36,050 bases of DNA from Octopus bimaculoides (Eukaryota): NCBI RefSeq assembly GCF_001194135.2, contig NC_069001.1, forward strand, positions 10,169,778 to 10,205,827, read 5' to 3'. Below the pieces are notes generated by a model. It made no database searches and was not told the origin of the DNA. It saw only the letters and a list, made by a program, of their open reading frames with translations. The stretch's first letter is position 1; every line of letters begins with the position of its first letter. A program made the position numbers and the translations under genes. Shown piece after piece: positions 1 to 10,499 of the stretch.

Positions 1-399
1 ATATATATACATATATGCATATATGCATATACATATGTAAATAAACATAAATGCGTATATACATATATATGTATATACACACACATGACACAGAAATTAG
101 GAAGAGTATATTATCTCCGAAACATTGGCCGGCCATCAAAAAACAAATATAAGGATAAATGTGGATATGGTGAGAAAGATTGCGTAAAAATAACACAAAT
201 ATAAATCAGAAGAGGAACATTTATAATGCATTTATGTGCGAATTGGAATAAAAAAAAAAAAAAAAAATTTGTGTTGGAATCTATGGACAATATCATAAAA
301 AAAAAGGATGATGAAAAAATAAACATAACCTTGAGAAATAAAAATATAGCAAATAATGTTAATAATTCGGTATATTAATATTAAATTAATTTTTCTTAC

Positions 400-460
400 C
401 TCAAATACCTTCCATAATCACCTCAAACAACTCAAACCGTCTTTTAGATTGTGCCGTTAT
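400..460 (-). other. candidate 61-nt minus-strand exon (possibly non-coding)
   Basis: Minus strand reads TTTCCTTGCTCTAAATCTTCAG|ATAACG...TTTGAG|GTAAGA, with a good acceptor and donor. All three frames hit a stop (best frame ITAQSKRRFELFEVIMEGI*). Confidence 0.15.
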
Positions 461-487
461 CTGAAGATTTAGAGCAAGGAAATTTTA

Positions 488-514
488 TTATCATTATCAT
501 AGTCATCATCATCA

Positions 515-551
<37 letters not shown>

Positions 552-590
552 CATCCTCATCATCATCATCACCATTATCTTCATCATGTG
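488..590. repeat. (ATC)n/(ATT)n compound microsatellite
   Basis: Directly visible. It explains the poly-I/poly-M ORFs 444-626 and 451-654. Confidence 0.95.
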
Positions 591-634
591 CATATCTGCC
601 GTTAAATTTTCATTGCATGATTTCATTACTCAAC

Positions 635-655
635 ATGGAACAGGTCCCGCCTGAG
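635..655 (+). CDS. candidate first coding micro-exon (MEQVPPE, phase 0)
   Basis: CAAC-ATG-G Kozak context (A at -3, G at +4), 7 codons, then a near-consensus donor GAG|GTAAGG at 656. The peptide is too short to recognise. Confidence 0.25.
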
Positions 656-825
656 GTAAGGGTTGTGTTTCGTTTTGATTGAGTGTGTATGTGAGTGTGT
701 GTGTGTGTGTGTTTTTTTGTCTGCACTTCTGAAAATATATATGTTGCATGCATGCGCATGTGCATGCACATATACATATATATATATGTGTGAGTGTGTG
801 TACTTATGATTATGGTTATTTATTA

Positions 826-925
826 TTTAACATTATTATTATTATTATTATTATTATTATCACCATCGTTATTACTATCATTTTTATTGTTGTTGTTATT
901 GATGCTTATGTTGTTGTTGTTGTTG
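826..925. repeat. (ATT)n/(GTT)n microsatellite
   Basis: Directly visible. Confidence 0.9.
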
Positions 926-1368
926 TAGTTTGTAGTGGTGGTATTGGTGTTGTTATGATATTCCTAAATTAATATTCACCTGTATTCCCATACGTATTAT
1001 TAAAATAAATATGAGAATGACGGTAAAAATTAATTTGGAAGATAAGAAAATCGACGTAATGAAAAAAATCTGCGAAAATTGAGCGGAGAAAAAAAGAAAA
1101 TCTGTTTTTCGTTTATTCTAAGTACATAAAGGTAGAAATACAGGTTCCCTAAATTGGCATTATGGTCTATAATTTCATATCTTATTGCGTGCTTTTACTC
1201 TCTTTCCATGCTACACACACTTTGGAATATAACATATAATAAACACACACACATATATATATGAACATATATATGTATGTATATTTGTATGTATGAGTGT
1301 ATATCTGTTGTATGTAGGTATGTACATGAACTCTACCAAGAATTAGGGAAGCGATAGGTAATCAGATT

Positions 1369-1411
<43 letters not shown>

Positions 1412-1508
1412 CTATATCTCTATGTCTATCTAGCTATCTATCTAGCTATCCATATATATNNNNNNNNNNNNNNNNNNNNNNNNNNNNNNNNNNNNNNNNN
1501 NNNNNNNN

Positions 1509-1539
<31 letters not shown>

Positions 1540-2753
1540 TAGATAGATAGATATACTTACAAGTATGCATACGTACGTACCTAGCTTCCTACCTATCTAT
1601 ATATGTACATGCATACATACACACACATACCTACATACATGCACACATAAATACATACATACATACATGCATGCATATATACATACATACCTGCATGTAT
1701 ACATAAATACATACATACATACATAATATATGATTTTTGAGAAAATGATGCAAACAATATTCGGACTGTATTATAGAGCGAAGGTAAAGTATGATAATTG
1801 AAGTAGAAATTCAAATATAAAATAAACAAACATCATATCATCACAACTAACAACACTAAAAAAAAAACAAAAAAATCTAATATATCAATGAATGTTCCGT
1901 ATATGAATGATTAATATGGTAAGTCTAATATACTTTAAGCTGGTCATCATAGAAAATTTCTTCTCTTTACCTAGTCCCTCCCTCTGCTTCGCCTCTTAAC
2001 ATTCCTTACCGTCTTCTCCTAATGTTGTAGTTGTGTTTTACTTTCTTGTATTTCTTGTACTTTTATCTTGTTTTTAATCGTTTTCTTATTTACTTCCTCC
2101 AATTCCGGATTCTTTCATACTTGTTTCCCATATCCCTTCTTTTCCCACATTCTGCTTTTATTTCAACGCGTTAATTTTCTTTGCTGCTTATTTTTGTTCA
2201 TATTTTCGGAAGCGAAGTTCATTGGATGTCCAACATCAATGGAAAAATGGTGGCACAAGGTGCTATTTTCAGTCATATCCATTTTCATTGTCAGTTCAAA
2301 TCACACTTGATTCGGTTATACCTTGAGTTCTACCTTCCCTTCTACAATATGCTTTGTACAAGCTGAATAAAATATTCCTTACCTAAATTGCTCTAACGTC
2401 TAAAATTCCATCATTTTATATTCATGCTAGAAATCTTCATTATAAAGTGAGGACACGCAACCAAAGAATACAACCAATCAGTAGACAGTGGTTTTGAAAG
2501 TTTGCAGGGCTGGGTCGTTATAGCATTTGGAACGTAATTTTAGGTTTTACAGTATTTCATGTCCGGGAAATTCGCCATAGACAGTTTTGTCGTGGAAAAC
2601 CATCCGTACGAAATCTCGCCATAACGGTAGCACAAAAGCAGAGTATTAACTAGATGGCTTCATTTTAAAGAAATTACCATTCTCTAATTTGTAGGTTACT
2701 TGATGACCCTGCCATTTTAAGAAGATAGCAATTTAAAATAAAATTTCTACCCT

Positions 2754-2917
2754 GGAGTGGCTGTGTGGTAAGTAGCTTGCTTACGAACCACAAGATTCTA
2801 GGTTCATTCCCACTGTATGACACCTTGGGCAGATGTCTTCTGCTATAGTCTCGGCCCGACCAAGGCCTTGTGAGTAGATTTGGTAGACGGAACCTGAAAG
2901 AAACCCGTCGTATATAT
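2754..2917 (+). mobile_element. tRNA-derived SINE family B, 5' part (CORE-SINE-like, OR2-like)
   Basis: A-box TGGCTGTGTGG (2758-2768), B-box-like GGTTCATTCCC (2801-2811) and CORE-like CACCTTGGGCAGATGTCTTC (2821-2840). Homologous to 32190-32620 (minus). Runs into (TA)n and a gap. The OR2 name is from memory. Confidence 0.85.
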
Positions 2918-3234
2918 NNNNNNNNNNNNNNNNNNNNNNNNNNNNNNNNNNNNNNNNNNNNNNNNNNNNNNNNNNNNNNNNNNNNNNNNNNNNNNNNNNN
3001 NNNNNNNNNNNNNNNNNNNNNNNNNNNNNNNNNNNNNNNNNNNNNNNNNNNNNNNNNNNNNNNNNNNNNNNNNNNNNNNNNNNNNNNNNNNNNNNNNNNN
3101 NNNNNNNNNNNNNNNNNNNNNNNNNNNNNNNNNNNNNNNNNNNNNNNNNNNNNNNNNNNNNNNNNNNNNNNNNNNNNNNNNNNNNNNNNNNNNNNNNNNN
3201 NNNNNNNNNNNNNNNNNNNNNNNNNNNNNNNNNN

Positions 3235-3402
3235 GGGAAAAACAAGGGCAGACTAAGGGATTAAGTCGATTACAACGACCCTCAGTACTTGACTTGTACT
3301 TAATTTATCGACTCTGAAAGGATAAAAGGCAAAGTCGACCTCGGCGGAATTTGAACTCAGAACGTAACGGCAGACGAAATACTGCTAAGCATTTCGCCCG
3401 GC
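3235..3402 (-). mobile_element. SINE family A body (3' half of a B/A chimera)
   Basis: Reverse complement of the 8754-8892 element: GAGTTCAAATTCCGCCGAGGTCGACTTTGCCTTTTATCCTTTCAGAGTCGATAAATTAAGTAC. Confidence 0.9.
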
Positions 3403-3504
3403 TTTGGTCAGCCTGAGGTTATAGTAGATGACACTTGCCCAAGGTGCCCAAGGACCATGTGGTTGGTAGACAAGCTATTTACTACAACACCACTCCTGCG
3501 CCTG
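3400..3504 (-). mobile_element. SINE family B head with internal deletion (5' half of the chimera)
   Basis: GGCTTTGGTCAGCCTGAGGTTATAGTAGATGACACTTGCCCAAGGTGCC matches the family B copy at about 32510-32560. Confidence 0.8.
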
Positions 3505-4122
3505 TTGATTATTTCTTAAAAATAAATAGTGAGAAACTTTGAGAAGTGTGTCTGAATGGGGATAACTTCGGATATATTTCTGCGTATTTACATCCCTTCA
3601 GCAAAAGACATAACATTCTCATCAGTTAATGTCAGAACTTCTCACTGAATGATCATTGTTAAGTGTAATACCTTAAAATGCTGAGAGAACTAGGAAAATT
3701 TCCTAGTTACGCTTTCTATCAGGAAGACAGTTATTTAAGTTGGTACTAACTGATTTAATTTGTAGAGCCATAAAATTTTAATTAATTAAAATTGTGCACC
3801 CATAGTGAAATGGAAAAAAAAAATAGAATATTTGGTTATTGATTTATACTGGTCAAGAATATGACTTGAAATTAATTAGAATTAGTTATAAAACTGAGAG
3901 GAGCAGAGATTGAGTATAAAAAAAAAAAACATGATCTTTGGCAAAGTAGAGCGGTAACTCCAGATTTGAATAATTTAGCTCTTTACATTAATTAGTGAAC
4001 CAAGTAACGGTCGAGTAATAAATTTCTATAGGATTAATTATTTTAATCATATTTTTTCATTGAAATTAATATTTTTACCGTCTTTATTGCTTCAGAAATA
4101 TTTTAGAGTAAGCTGGGATTTA

Positions 4123-4232
4123 TACAGGGTGTTCTAAATTATTAAAAAGATAACATACATACTTTTAGAAATATAGAATTTTATTGAATAGAAATCGTCC
4201 ATGTTTGCATCCATCATTGCACGTCATAGGTT
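4123..4232 (-). mobile_element. Tc1/mariner-type terminal remnant
   Basis: TA-CAGGGTGTTC terminus at 4123. The adjacent minus strand translates RAMMDANMDDF, resembling the AVIDANGGHF-type C-terminus of Tc1-family transposases. No partner TIR was found. Confidence 0.35.
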
Positions 4233-4254
4233 CATCCTTTTTTTTTTTTTTTTT

Positions 4255-6540
4255 GATAGACCAATTCACAAATCTAGTGTTTGAATGCTTTTCCAAGAAT
4301 CCATACAGTAGTAATTTCGACAACAGCAAAATATTTTAAAAGCTAGAATCAAGCACAGCTGTTTTTGAAACTTAACAAAGAATCTTCGCTTGGTATCAAC
4401 CTTACAGCAAACTAAATTATTACTATTTCCATTAAATAAAGACTGGCTCGCGTTATTTAAATGTTAAATGCCTTACAAAAGTTATTACTTATTGCTAATG
4501 TATCACCTGTAAATGAATCAATTATTAAAGATCATATCGGTTCAATAGAAATTCCATTTAAAATGTGATATAATTAAAACCCATACGACTTTAGTCGTGC
4601 AGACGGGCGAACAGATAGTAAGTTATCGAAGTACATATGGGAATATGATAATAGAATTTACATCAGAAGGAAAATCATGGATCATATTAAAGTTTAGAAA
4701 TAAAATACTAATGAAATTTGAAGAAGACATGATATGTTTCCATGATGAGAATAAAATAAATAAGTATTCTGAGAGGTGATTTGCTTTGTATATTCAAACT
4801 TTCCTATTCCTCACAAGAATTATAACGTAATCCATCGTTAATTAATGATTGCTTCAGATGATAAGAATGCAATGGAATTACTCAGTGACTCAAGCATTGC
4901 AATTAAATCTAACATACGCAATATATTTTTTTAATAACATTTTGTAATTAAATTACTCCCCCAATCAGATTTGATACTTTTCAATCTTCTTTTACACTAT
5001 ATATTTATTCCCATTTTAACGTTTCTGATTTTGTTGCATATCGTAACCCCCTTACTTGCCATATTACTTTTTCTCTACCGAAATAATCACAATGCCACAA
5101 TGTAATTTTCTTTCAAACAACATATTTACAATTACCGCAGAATATTTATCACTCTCTTCCTCTTCCAGTCACATTCACCATCGATGTTTTTTTTTTTAAT
5201 TAATTTTATAGATATTTTTAATTATCTGAAATCTTACCCTTTTAATTTTTTCTCCTTCAATTACAATACCGCCTCCTCCGGTTTTCTATAATATTTTTCT
5301 ATTATTATTTTTATCTCCTTTTCGTTTTTAGACTTTTTTGTTTTATTCTAGTCATTATTTTCCACCAGGCTAACTTATTTCCATATCCGTATTACCAACC
5401 CTGCCTCTCTTGTTTTCCAACAATCACTAAAATTATGTAATTACTTTCAAATGTATTGGGGCCCCCCAAACGATAGTAAAATACGTTGTTAAATATGCGT
5501 TCTTTGCTAAATCCTTAATATCTAGCGAAACAGGTGTACCTCGCAGTAAAATTGGTGAATTTTCAGCTTCTATTATGGGAGTTCGCGCCTCTGGGTATTT
5601 TGTGTGTATGAGTGTGTGGGGGTGTATGTGCGTGCATGTGTGCGCGCGTGTGTTTGTATTTATTGCATTTGGCCCCTGTCGAATTTCCGAAGAATTACTC
5701 TTTCTTTTAGCAATGGATCCTTCTATAACAAAAATGCTGAAAATGCTTAATGACTTCATTGTAAACGGAGCAAAATTCTCACCAGGAGAATGGAAAATTC
5801 TAGGAAGCTACAAGAGCGCTATTAAACGAATCCCCCACTCACATAATCCCATATAAATTATCAAGTTTCCTTCCAATAAATCGCGCCCGAACAGTTATAT
5901 AAGTGAAAGCGCATGGCACAGCAATTACGGTGTTGCACTCACAATAGTAAGATCGAGTTTTTGATTTCCAGGTCGAGCAGGGCGTTGTGTTCTTGATTCA
6001 AACCCTTCATTTCACGTTTTTCCAGTTTACTGAGGTTTAAATGGGTAAGTCTACGACGCGATGCTCTCCTGTTCATGGGAAATGTTGTGATCCGATCTCG
6101 ATCATATACATACCATGTAATACGGTTAACCGTCATGCTGGGTTATGCAGACGAGACACTAAAGTCAATGGTGTGGAAAACGATAATGGTAAATCCGAAT
6201 CGAATGTAGATAACACTTAAGAAGTGGAGCCAAAATGGTCCTGGCCTTGGTTAAATGACAATAGAGGGTGATCAGTGAATTATGATTTTATCCAAGATAT
6301 TTCTCTCGCAGATCCACAAATTGCAGGTATTCCTCTCTTAGATCCACACATTGCAGATATTCATTTTTCATATGCACACACTGCAGCAGTCTTTCAGTTT
6401 TTCCAAGCCCTGTTAAAGAACTCGGAAGGTTGGGCCACCAACCAGGCTTTTCTCGATACCCTTACTGCCAGTAAACGTTTCAGGAGCCCCTCGTACCAAA
6501 GGTAGTGTAGCGCAAAAATGGTCTAGGAGCAAAACGATCG
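4255..6540. pseudogene. degenerate coding-like tract of unknown origin (short broken ORFs on both strands)
   Basis: Largely non-repetitive sequence with protein-like fragments: + 4597-4779, + 5713-5856 (MDPSITKMLKMLNDFIVNGAKFSPGEWKILGSYKSAIKRIPHSHNPI), - 5433-5759, - 5939-6136 and - 6288-6461. No family recognised. Confidence 0.3.
6296..6385 (-). repeat. 3 x 30-bp imperfect tandem repeat encoding a 10-aa repeat on the minus strand
   Basis: Units at 6296-6325, 6326-6355 and 6356-6385. The minus frame reads ERLLQCVHMK-NEYLQCVDLR-EEYLQFVDLR-EKYLG*. Confidence 0.8.
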
Positions 6541-7037
6541 TGAAGCAAAATTCTAAATCACACAGCAATATATTCCAAGTTGCCAAGCATAATCTTTAAA
6601 TATTCAATTGAGAATGCGAATATCGATAGTAGGGCATCTCACGTTACCTTCTAATATCTCACTAGAGCATTTGTGATACGAATAACAAAAACTAATTATA
6701 ATGATATTATTACGATCGTTATAATCAAACGAGAAAATTAAAACCTAAAATCCGCTTCTCTATATTTTTACTCCCTGGAATTGATTTCAAAAATTGATTA
6801 ACTTCTACTTTTGTTTCAGCTTCCCATCATCACCCCGATTATTTTATGTAATTTTTTTCCTCCCATTTATTAATAGTTTTATTCGTTTATTCCAGTACTC
6901 TCCCACCATCGTTTTCTTTTCTTTCTTTTTTTCCTTTCCATTCTTTCACACTAATCATTTCCATATTAATTTAAAAATCTTGCTCTGAGCCATGATATTA
7001 TTATAACTGCTTATCTTGTTGTTTTTGCTCTTGTAAA

Positions 7038-7069
<32 letters not shown>

Positions 7070-7100
7070 TGATGATATCAACAACTGCAACAACAACAAC

Positions 7101-7145
<45 letters not shown>
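7038..7145. repeat. (AAT)n/(AAC)n microsatellite
   Basis: Directly visible. Confidence 0.95.
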
Positions 7146-7349
7146 TGTTATTATTATGATGTTTTTGTTTTCTTTTAAATCTTTCTTTATCTCAGATAAA
7201 AAAAAAAGAAAATTAATTGAGACACTTAAAGCGAGTAATTAGTTTGCGAAAGGGAGTTTGTGGCATCGCATGTATTTAGGTTCTCTTCTGTGCCACTGCC
7301 TCGATGCATAATCTATAAAGGATCAATCTTCCTGTCTTCATGGTCGCTA

Positions 7350-7679
7350 TTGTAGTAGTACTGTGGTCATATTTGTATCAGGTATATCGCAGTTTGGTGG
7401 GCATGAGATTTTAAAAAAGAAGTGATCTATTATGGCTAAAGTGGTTTCTTCGCAATCACAAGGTTCTGTAATACGTCGCACAATGTGGCGTATAGATTCA
7501 ATAACCCCCAACTCTGTATTTGAAATACGATAAATGGGAACTGCGTTGATGTCTCGCGGGTGAAGAGTAGTAAATTTGTTACCTGACTTTACAGCAACAC
7601 CGGCCTTTGCGCATCATCGGAGATGTCTTTGTTGCAAATATTTGGAACAGCTTTCCGGTTGATATGGTGGGATCAGGGC
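7350..7679 (-). pseudogene. fossil reading frame, 110 codons with one internal TGA
   Basis: Manual translation: ALIPPYQPESCSKYLQQRHLR*CAKAGVAVKSGNKFTTLHPRDINAVPIYRISNTELGVIESIRHIVRRITEPCDCEETTLAIIDHFFFKISCPPNCDIPDTNMTTVLLQ. Not in the ORF track. Confidence 0.35.
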
Positions 7680-7684
7680 TATAG

Positions 7685-7725
7685 TAATTGAACTGAGATT
7701 TTCTTCTAGAATCTCAGTTCAATTA
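7685..7725. other. perfect 16-bp inverted repeat (hairpin)
   Basis: TAATTGAACTGAGATT-ttcttctag-AATCTCAGTTCAATTA. Confidence 0.95.
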
Positions 7726-7745
7726 AAAAGTTGCAAATAGATATC

Positions 7746-7868
7746 GGTTTCAAATTCTGGCACAAGGCCAGCAATTTCGGGGGTGAGAGTAAGTCGATAA
7801 CCACGTCTCCAGTGCTCGACTGGTTCTTAATTTATCGACCTCGAAGGAATGAAAGGCAAAATCGACGT
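7746..7868 (-). mobile_element. SINE family A, 3' part
   Basis: Reverse complement contains TCGATTTTGCCTTTCATTCCTTCGAGGTCGATAAATTAAG and the tail GCCTTGTGCCAGAATTTGAAACC, shared with 9359-9575. Confidence 0.8.
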
Positions 7869-8454
7869 AGATTCTATTGGAAGTTGCAAGCAGTTATTGA
7901 TACGCTATCAATCGAAAGGATTAAACCGCCTCCCGATTAAAAGGCTGAATCTGTTGTTCGGTCAGCACTATCATCACAAGACCTTTGAGTAGCTTCAGTT
8001 CAGTACACTCTTATCGGAGGCAACAATTTCAGCCATTTTGGAAACCCTATGAAATGGACATGGACGCTGTCCATCTATCTCTGAGTGTAGCAAATAAAAA
8101 TAAAAAAGACTGTAAACTTAATGACGTGGCTTCAAACGAGAATCGAAAGCCAGTATTCCTGATCATCTGGAGTCGTAGAGAATTTTGCATCAACCAGCCC
8201 CATTCTGTCCACTTCCAAACCGGCTCTGAATTATTGATTAGTTGCCTACTTAATTATAGATCTCTGTGCCAAAATTCATTTTCATTGCCTCATTTGTGAA
8301 TCAAATTTAGAACAGTTGCCGCCATTAATACTTATAATATAGTGTGCATTTGTAGGAAATGGTCAATGGAAATAATCTACATATATTCATCGCTTGTATA
8401 TCGTTAACGCTACTATTTCCCACTTATCTAAGTAGTAGTTGTGATAGCCAACTA

Positions 8455-8751
8455 ATAGATCAATAACGGGCCGACACTATCGACGCCGTCACCATCACGG
8501 TTTGTACCAACACATCTCATAACAATAAACGATGTCTCCGTTCCCACCACCATATCTCGTAACAATAAAACGTTATTAAACATATTTCTACGGTGGAAAT
8601 CAAATGGTATAACTGAATTTTGAAAATGGAACACAGAAGTTAACAATAGTCTGTTGGTTATGAGAAGACAGAGACGGCTTATAGGAGTCGTAACTCAGTA
8701 GATTTCCCCTGCAAGCAACACATCTTCCAATGATGCATTATTTGATGTAAG
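8455..8751 (-). pseudogene. fossil reading frame, 99 codons with one internal TGA, truncated upstream by a SINE
   Basis: LTSNNASLEDVLLAGEIY*VTTPISRLCLLITNRLLLTSVFHFQNSVIPFDFHRRNMFNNVLLLRDMVVGTETSFIVMRCVGTNRDGDGVDSVGPLLIY. Extends track ORF 8452-8646. Confidence 0.35.
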
Positions 8752-8753
8752 TT

Positions 8754-8892
8754 AAGGCGGCGAGCTGGCAGAAACGTTATCACGTCGGGCGAAATGCTTA
8801 GTGGTATTTCGTCTGCCGTAACGTTCTGAGTTCAAATTCCGCCAAGGTCGACTTTGCTTTTCATCCCTTCGGGGTCGATAAATTAAGTACCA
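8754..8892 (+). mobile_element. SINE family A (head plus central domain), well preserved
   Basis: AAGGCGGCGAGCTGGCAGAAACGTTA head, B-box-like GAGTTCAAATTCC and central GTCGACTTTGCTTTTCATCCCTTCGGGGTCGATAAATTAAGTACCA. About 12 related copies in the window. The central domain resembles the Meta/MESC SINE domain (from memory). Confidence 0.9.
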
Positions 8893-8967
8893 TGACACAT
8901 TACCATGTTCTGTGGAGGAATCTTATTGAAAACTGACTGGCTAATTATATTTAAGGAATTTAATTTA

Positions 8968-9276
8968 ATCAGAAATTTGAGGGATGGTAATGAACGAGAT
9001 CGTGGCAGAAACTTCATGCGGGAGACTGTCTTTATCCTCGCACGCGAAAATATATGGATTCTTGACTATGTTAAGTGATGTGGGTATAAGGGGGTTAGAA
9101 TGTCGTCTTCAAGATCGTAAGATCTTGATCCAGATTCGTGAATCGAAATTAGCCAAGTTTTCATTTCCACTCGCTCCATTTCTCCCAAGTGGAAAATATG
9201 TGCCCGTGAAACGGAATGTCGTCCTGTTCAGGAGGGGATATAGCGATCTCAGACATTTACCACCGCGGAAACAGAG
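8968..9276 (-). pseudogene. fossil reading frame, 103 codons with one internal TGA (overlaps the 104-aa plus ORF 8984-9298)
   Basis: LCFRGGKCLRSLYPLLNRTTFRFTGTYFPLGRNGASGNENLANFDSRIWIKILRS*RRHSNPLIPTSLNIVKNPYIFACEDKDSLPHEVSATISFITIPQISD. The true coding strand is unresolved. Confidence 0.3.
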
Positions 9277-9358
9277 TCACAGGTCCTATGAGTTCTAAAG
9301 CACCATCCACGTTACATATAATTCTGAAGCTTTAATCTTAACAATTATATATCGTGAA

Positions 9359-9575
9359 TGAGGCGAACTGGCAGAATCGTGAGCACACCGGAGAAATTGC
9401 TTAGCGGTATATTGTCCGTCTTTACGTTCGGACTCCAAATTCTACCAGAGATGACTTTGCTTGTCGTCTTTTCGGGGCCGATGAAATAAGTACTAGAAGA
9501 ACACTGGAGTAGCTGTGATCGTCTAACTTACATGCCCTGAACTGCTAGCCTTGTGCCAAAACTTGAAATCAATAA
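9359..9575 (+). mobile_element. SINE family A, diverged near-full copy
   Basis: Aligns along its length with 8754-8892 and continues into the tail GCCTTGTGCCAAAACTTGAAATC. Confidence 0.8.
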
Positions 9576-9624
9576 TTACATCTCGTTTATATATATTATC
9601 GTTTATCCCTTTACCATTATATCT

Positions 9625-9945
9625 GTTATTGGAGTACAGCCATGTTGATGCACCATACGGAAGGGCTTAACCAATCTTCATTGTTCTACGAATGTTATCG
9701 GACCCTTCATGCTGATCTATGAAATAAAGGGGACACAAATAAACTAACACGGACTGTCATACCGTGAAAAAGAATCGCAAAAACACACACACGAGCGCGG
9801 AGACTCTCTAGCATAGATATGCGACAGGCTTCCGCTGGTCTCCATCTTATTCAGTCGTAAAGCATTGGTTGGCAAATACGAAAATTATTGCGCAGTGGGG
9901 GTTGACTAGAAACAACGCGAACGTGGAACAAACATCTTATGTATA
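9625..9945 (-). mobile_element. SINE family B, old diverged copy
   Basis: Collinear with 32228-32615: CAGCCATGTTGATGCACC tail, internal CA tract, CGACAGGCTTCCGC and GCGCAGTGGGGGTTGAC. Confidence 0.6.
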
Positions 9946-10443
9946 CACACATTCTCTGAAACATTTTTTCACTCTTATCAATAATTCATTTTTGTTGAGT
10001 GTCTTAAACTTATTTTTTAATTAATTATTATATTAATTATGATAATTAATTCTCGTCGATTCACTTAAACGCATTCATTAATGCATAACTATATTAATTC
10101 TAATATTTCACTCATATTGAGAAGTCTAAACTAGTTCTTTCTATTCTCATTAATCTTTTTCTTAGAATTTCCTAATTAAATTCAATTAAGAAATATTTTG
10201 TCCATTAATTACGAGAAGTTTATGAGATATTTCACAATGAATGGTGCCAGAAACATCTGTGTGGTTGACGACTTGGATTTGTTATTTCTCAAATGCAGCA
10301 TTACAGATTCCTGTCTTTGTATTTACGTCACATTGTGAAGGTGTATGTGTGGGTGTATATAATATTTCTACAAGGCAGTGACCCACGGTGACCGCAAACT
10401 AATTGAAATACGTAGAAGATAAAAGATAATACACACACACACA

Positions 10444-10499
<56 letters not shown>

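Noticed and set aside
111-1829. ORFs rich in I/M/Y/V/C/H (e.g. 444-626, 451-654, 748-972, 1593-1829)
   Set aside because: These are translations of (ATT)n, (ATC)n, (TA)n and (CATA)n microsatellites with no protein complexity.
5760-5830. KRAB-like FSPGEWKIL motif
   Set aside because: A short chance match, lacking the rest of the KRAB-A consensus.
9150-9250. Penelope-type RT motif (LLNRTTFRFTGTYF...NLANF)
   Set aside because: Only superficial similarity. The QxxGxxMGS and YxDD motifs are absent at the expected spacing.
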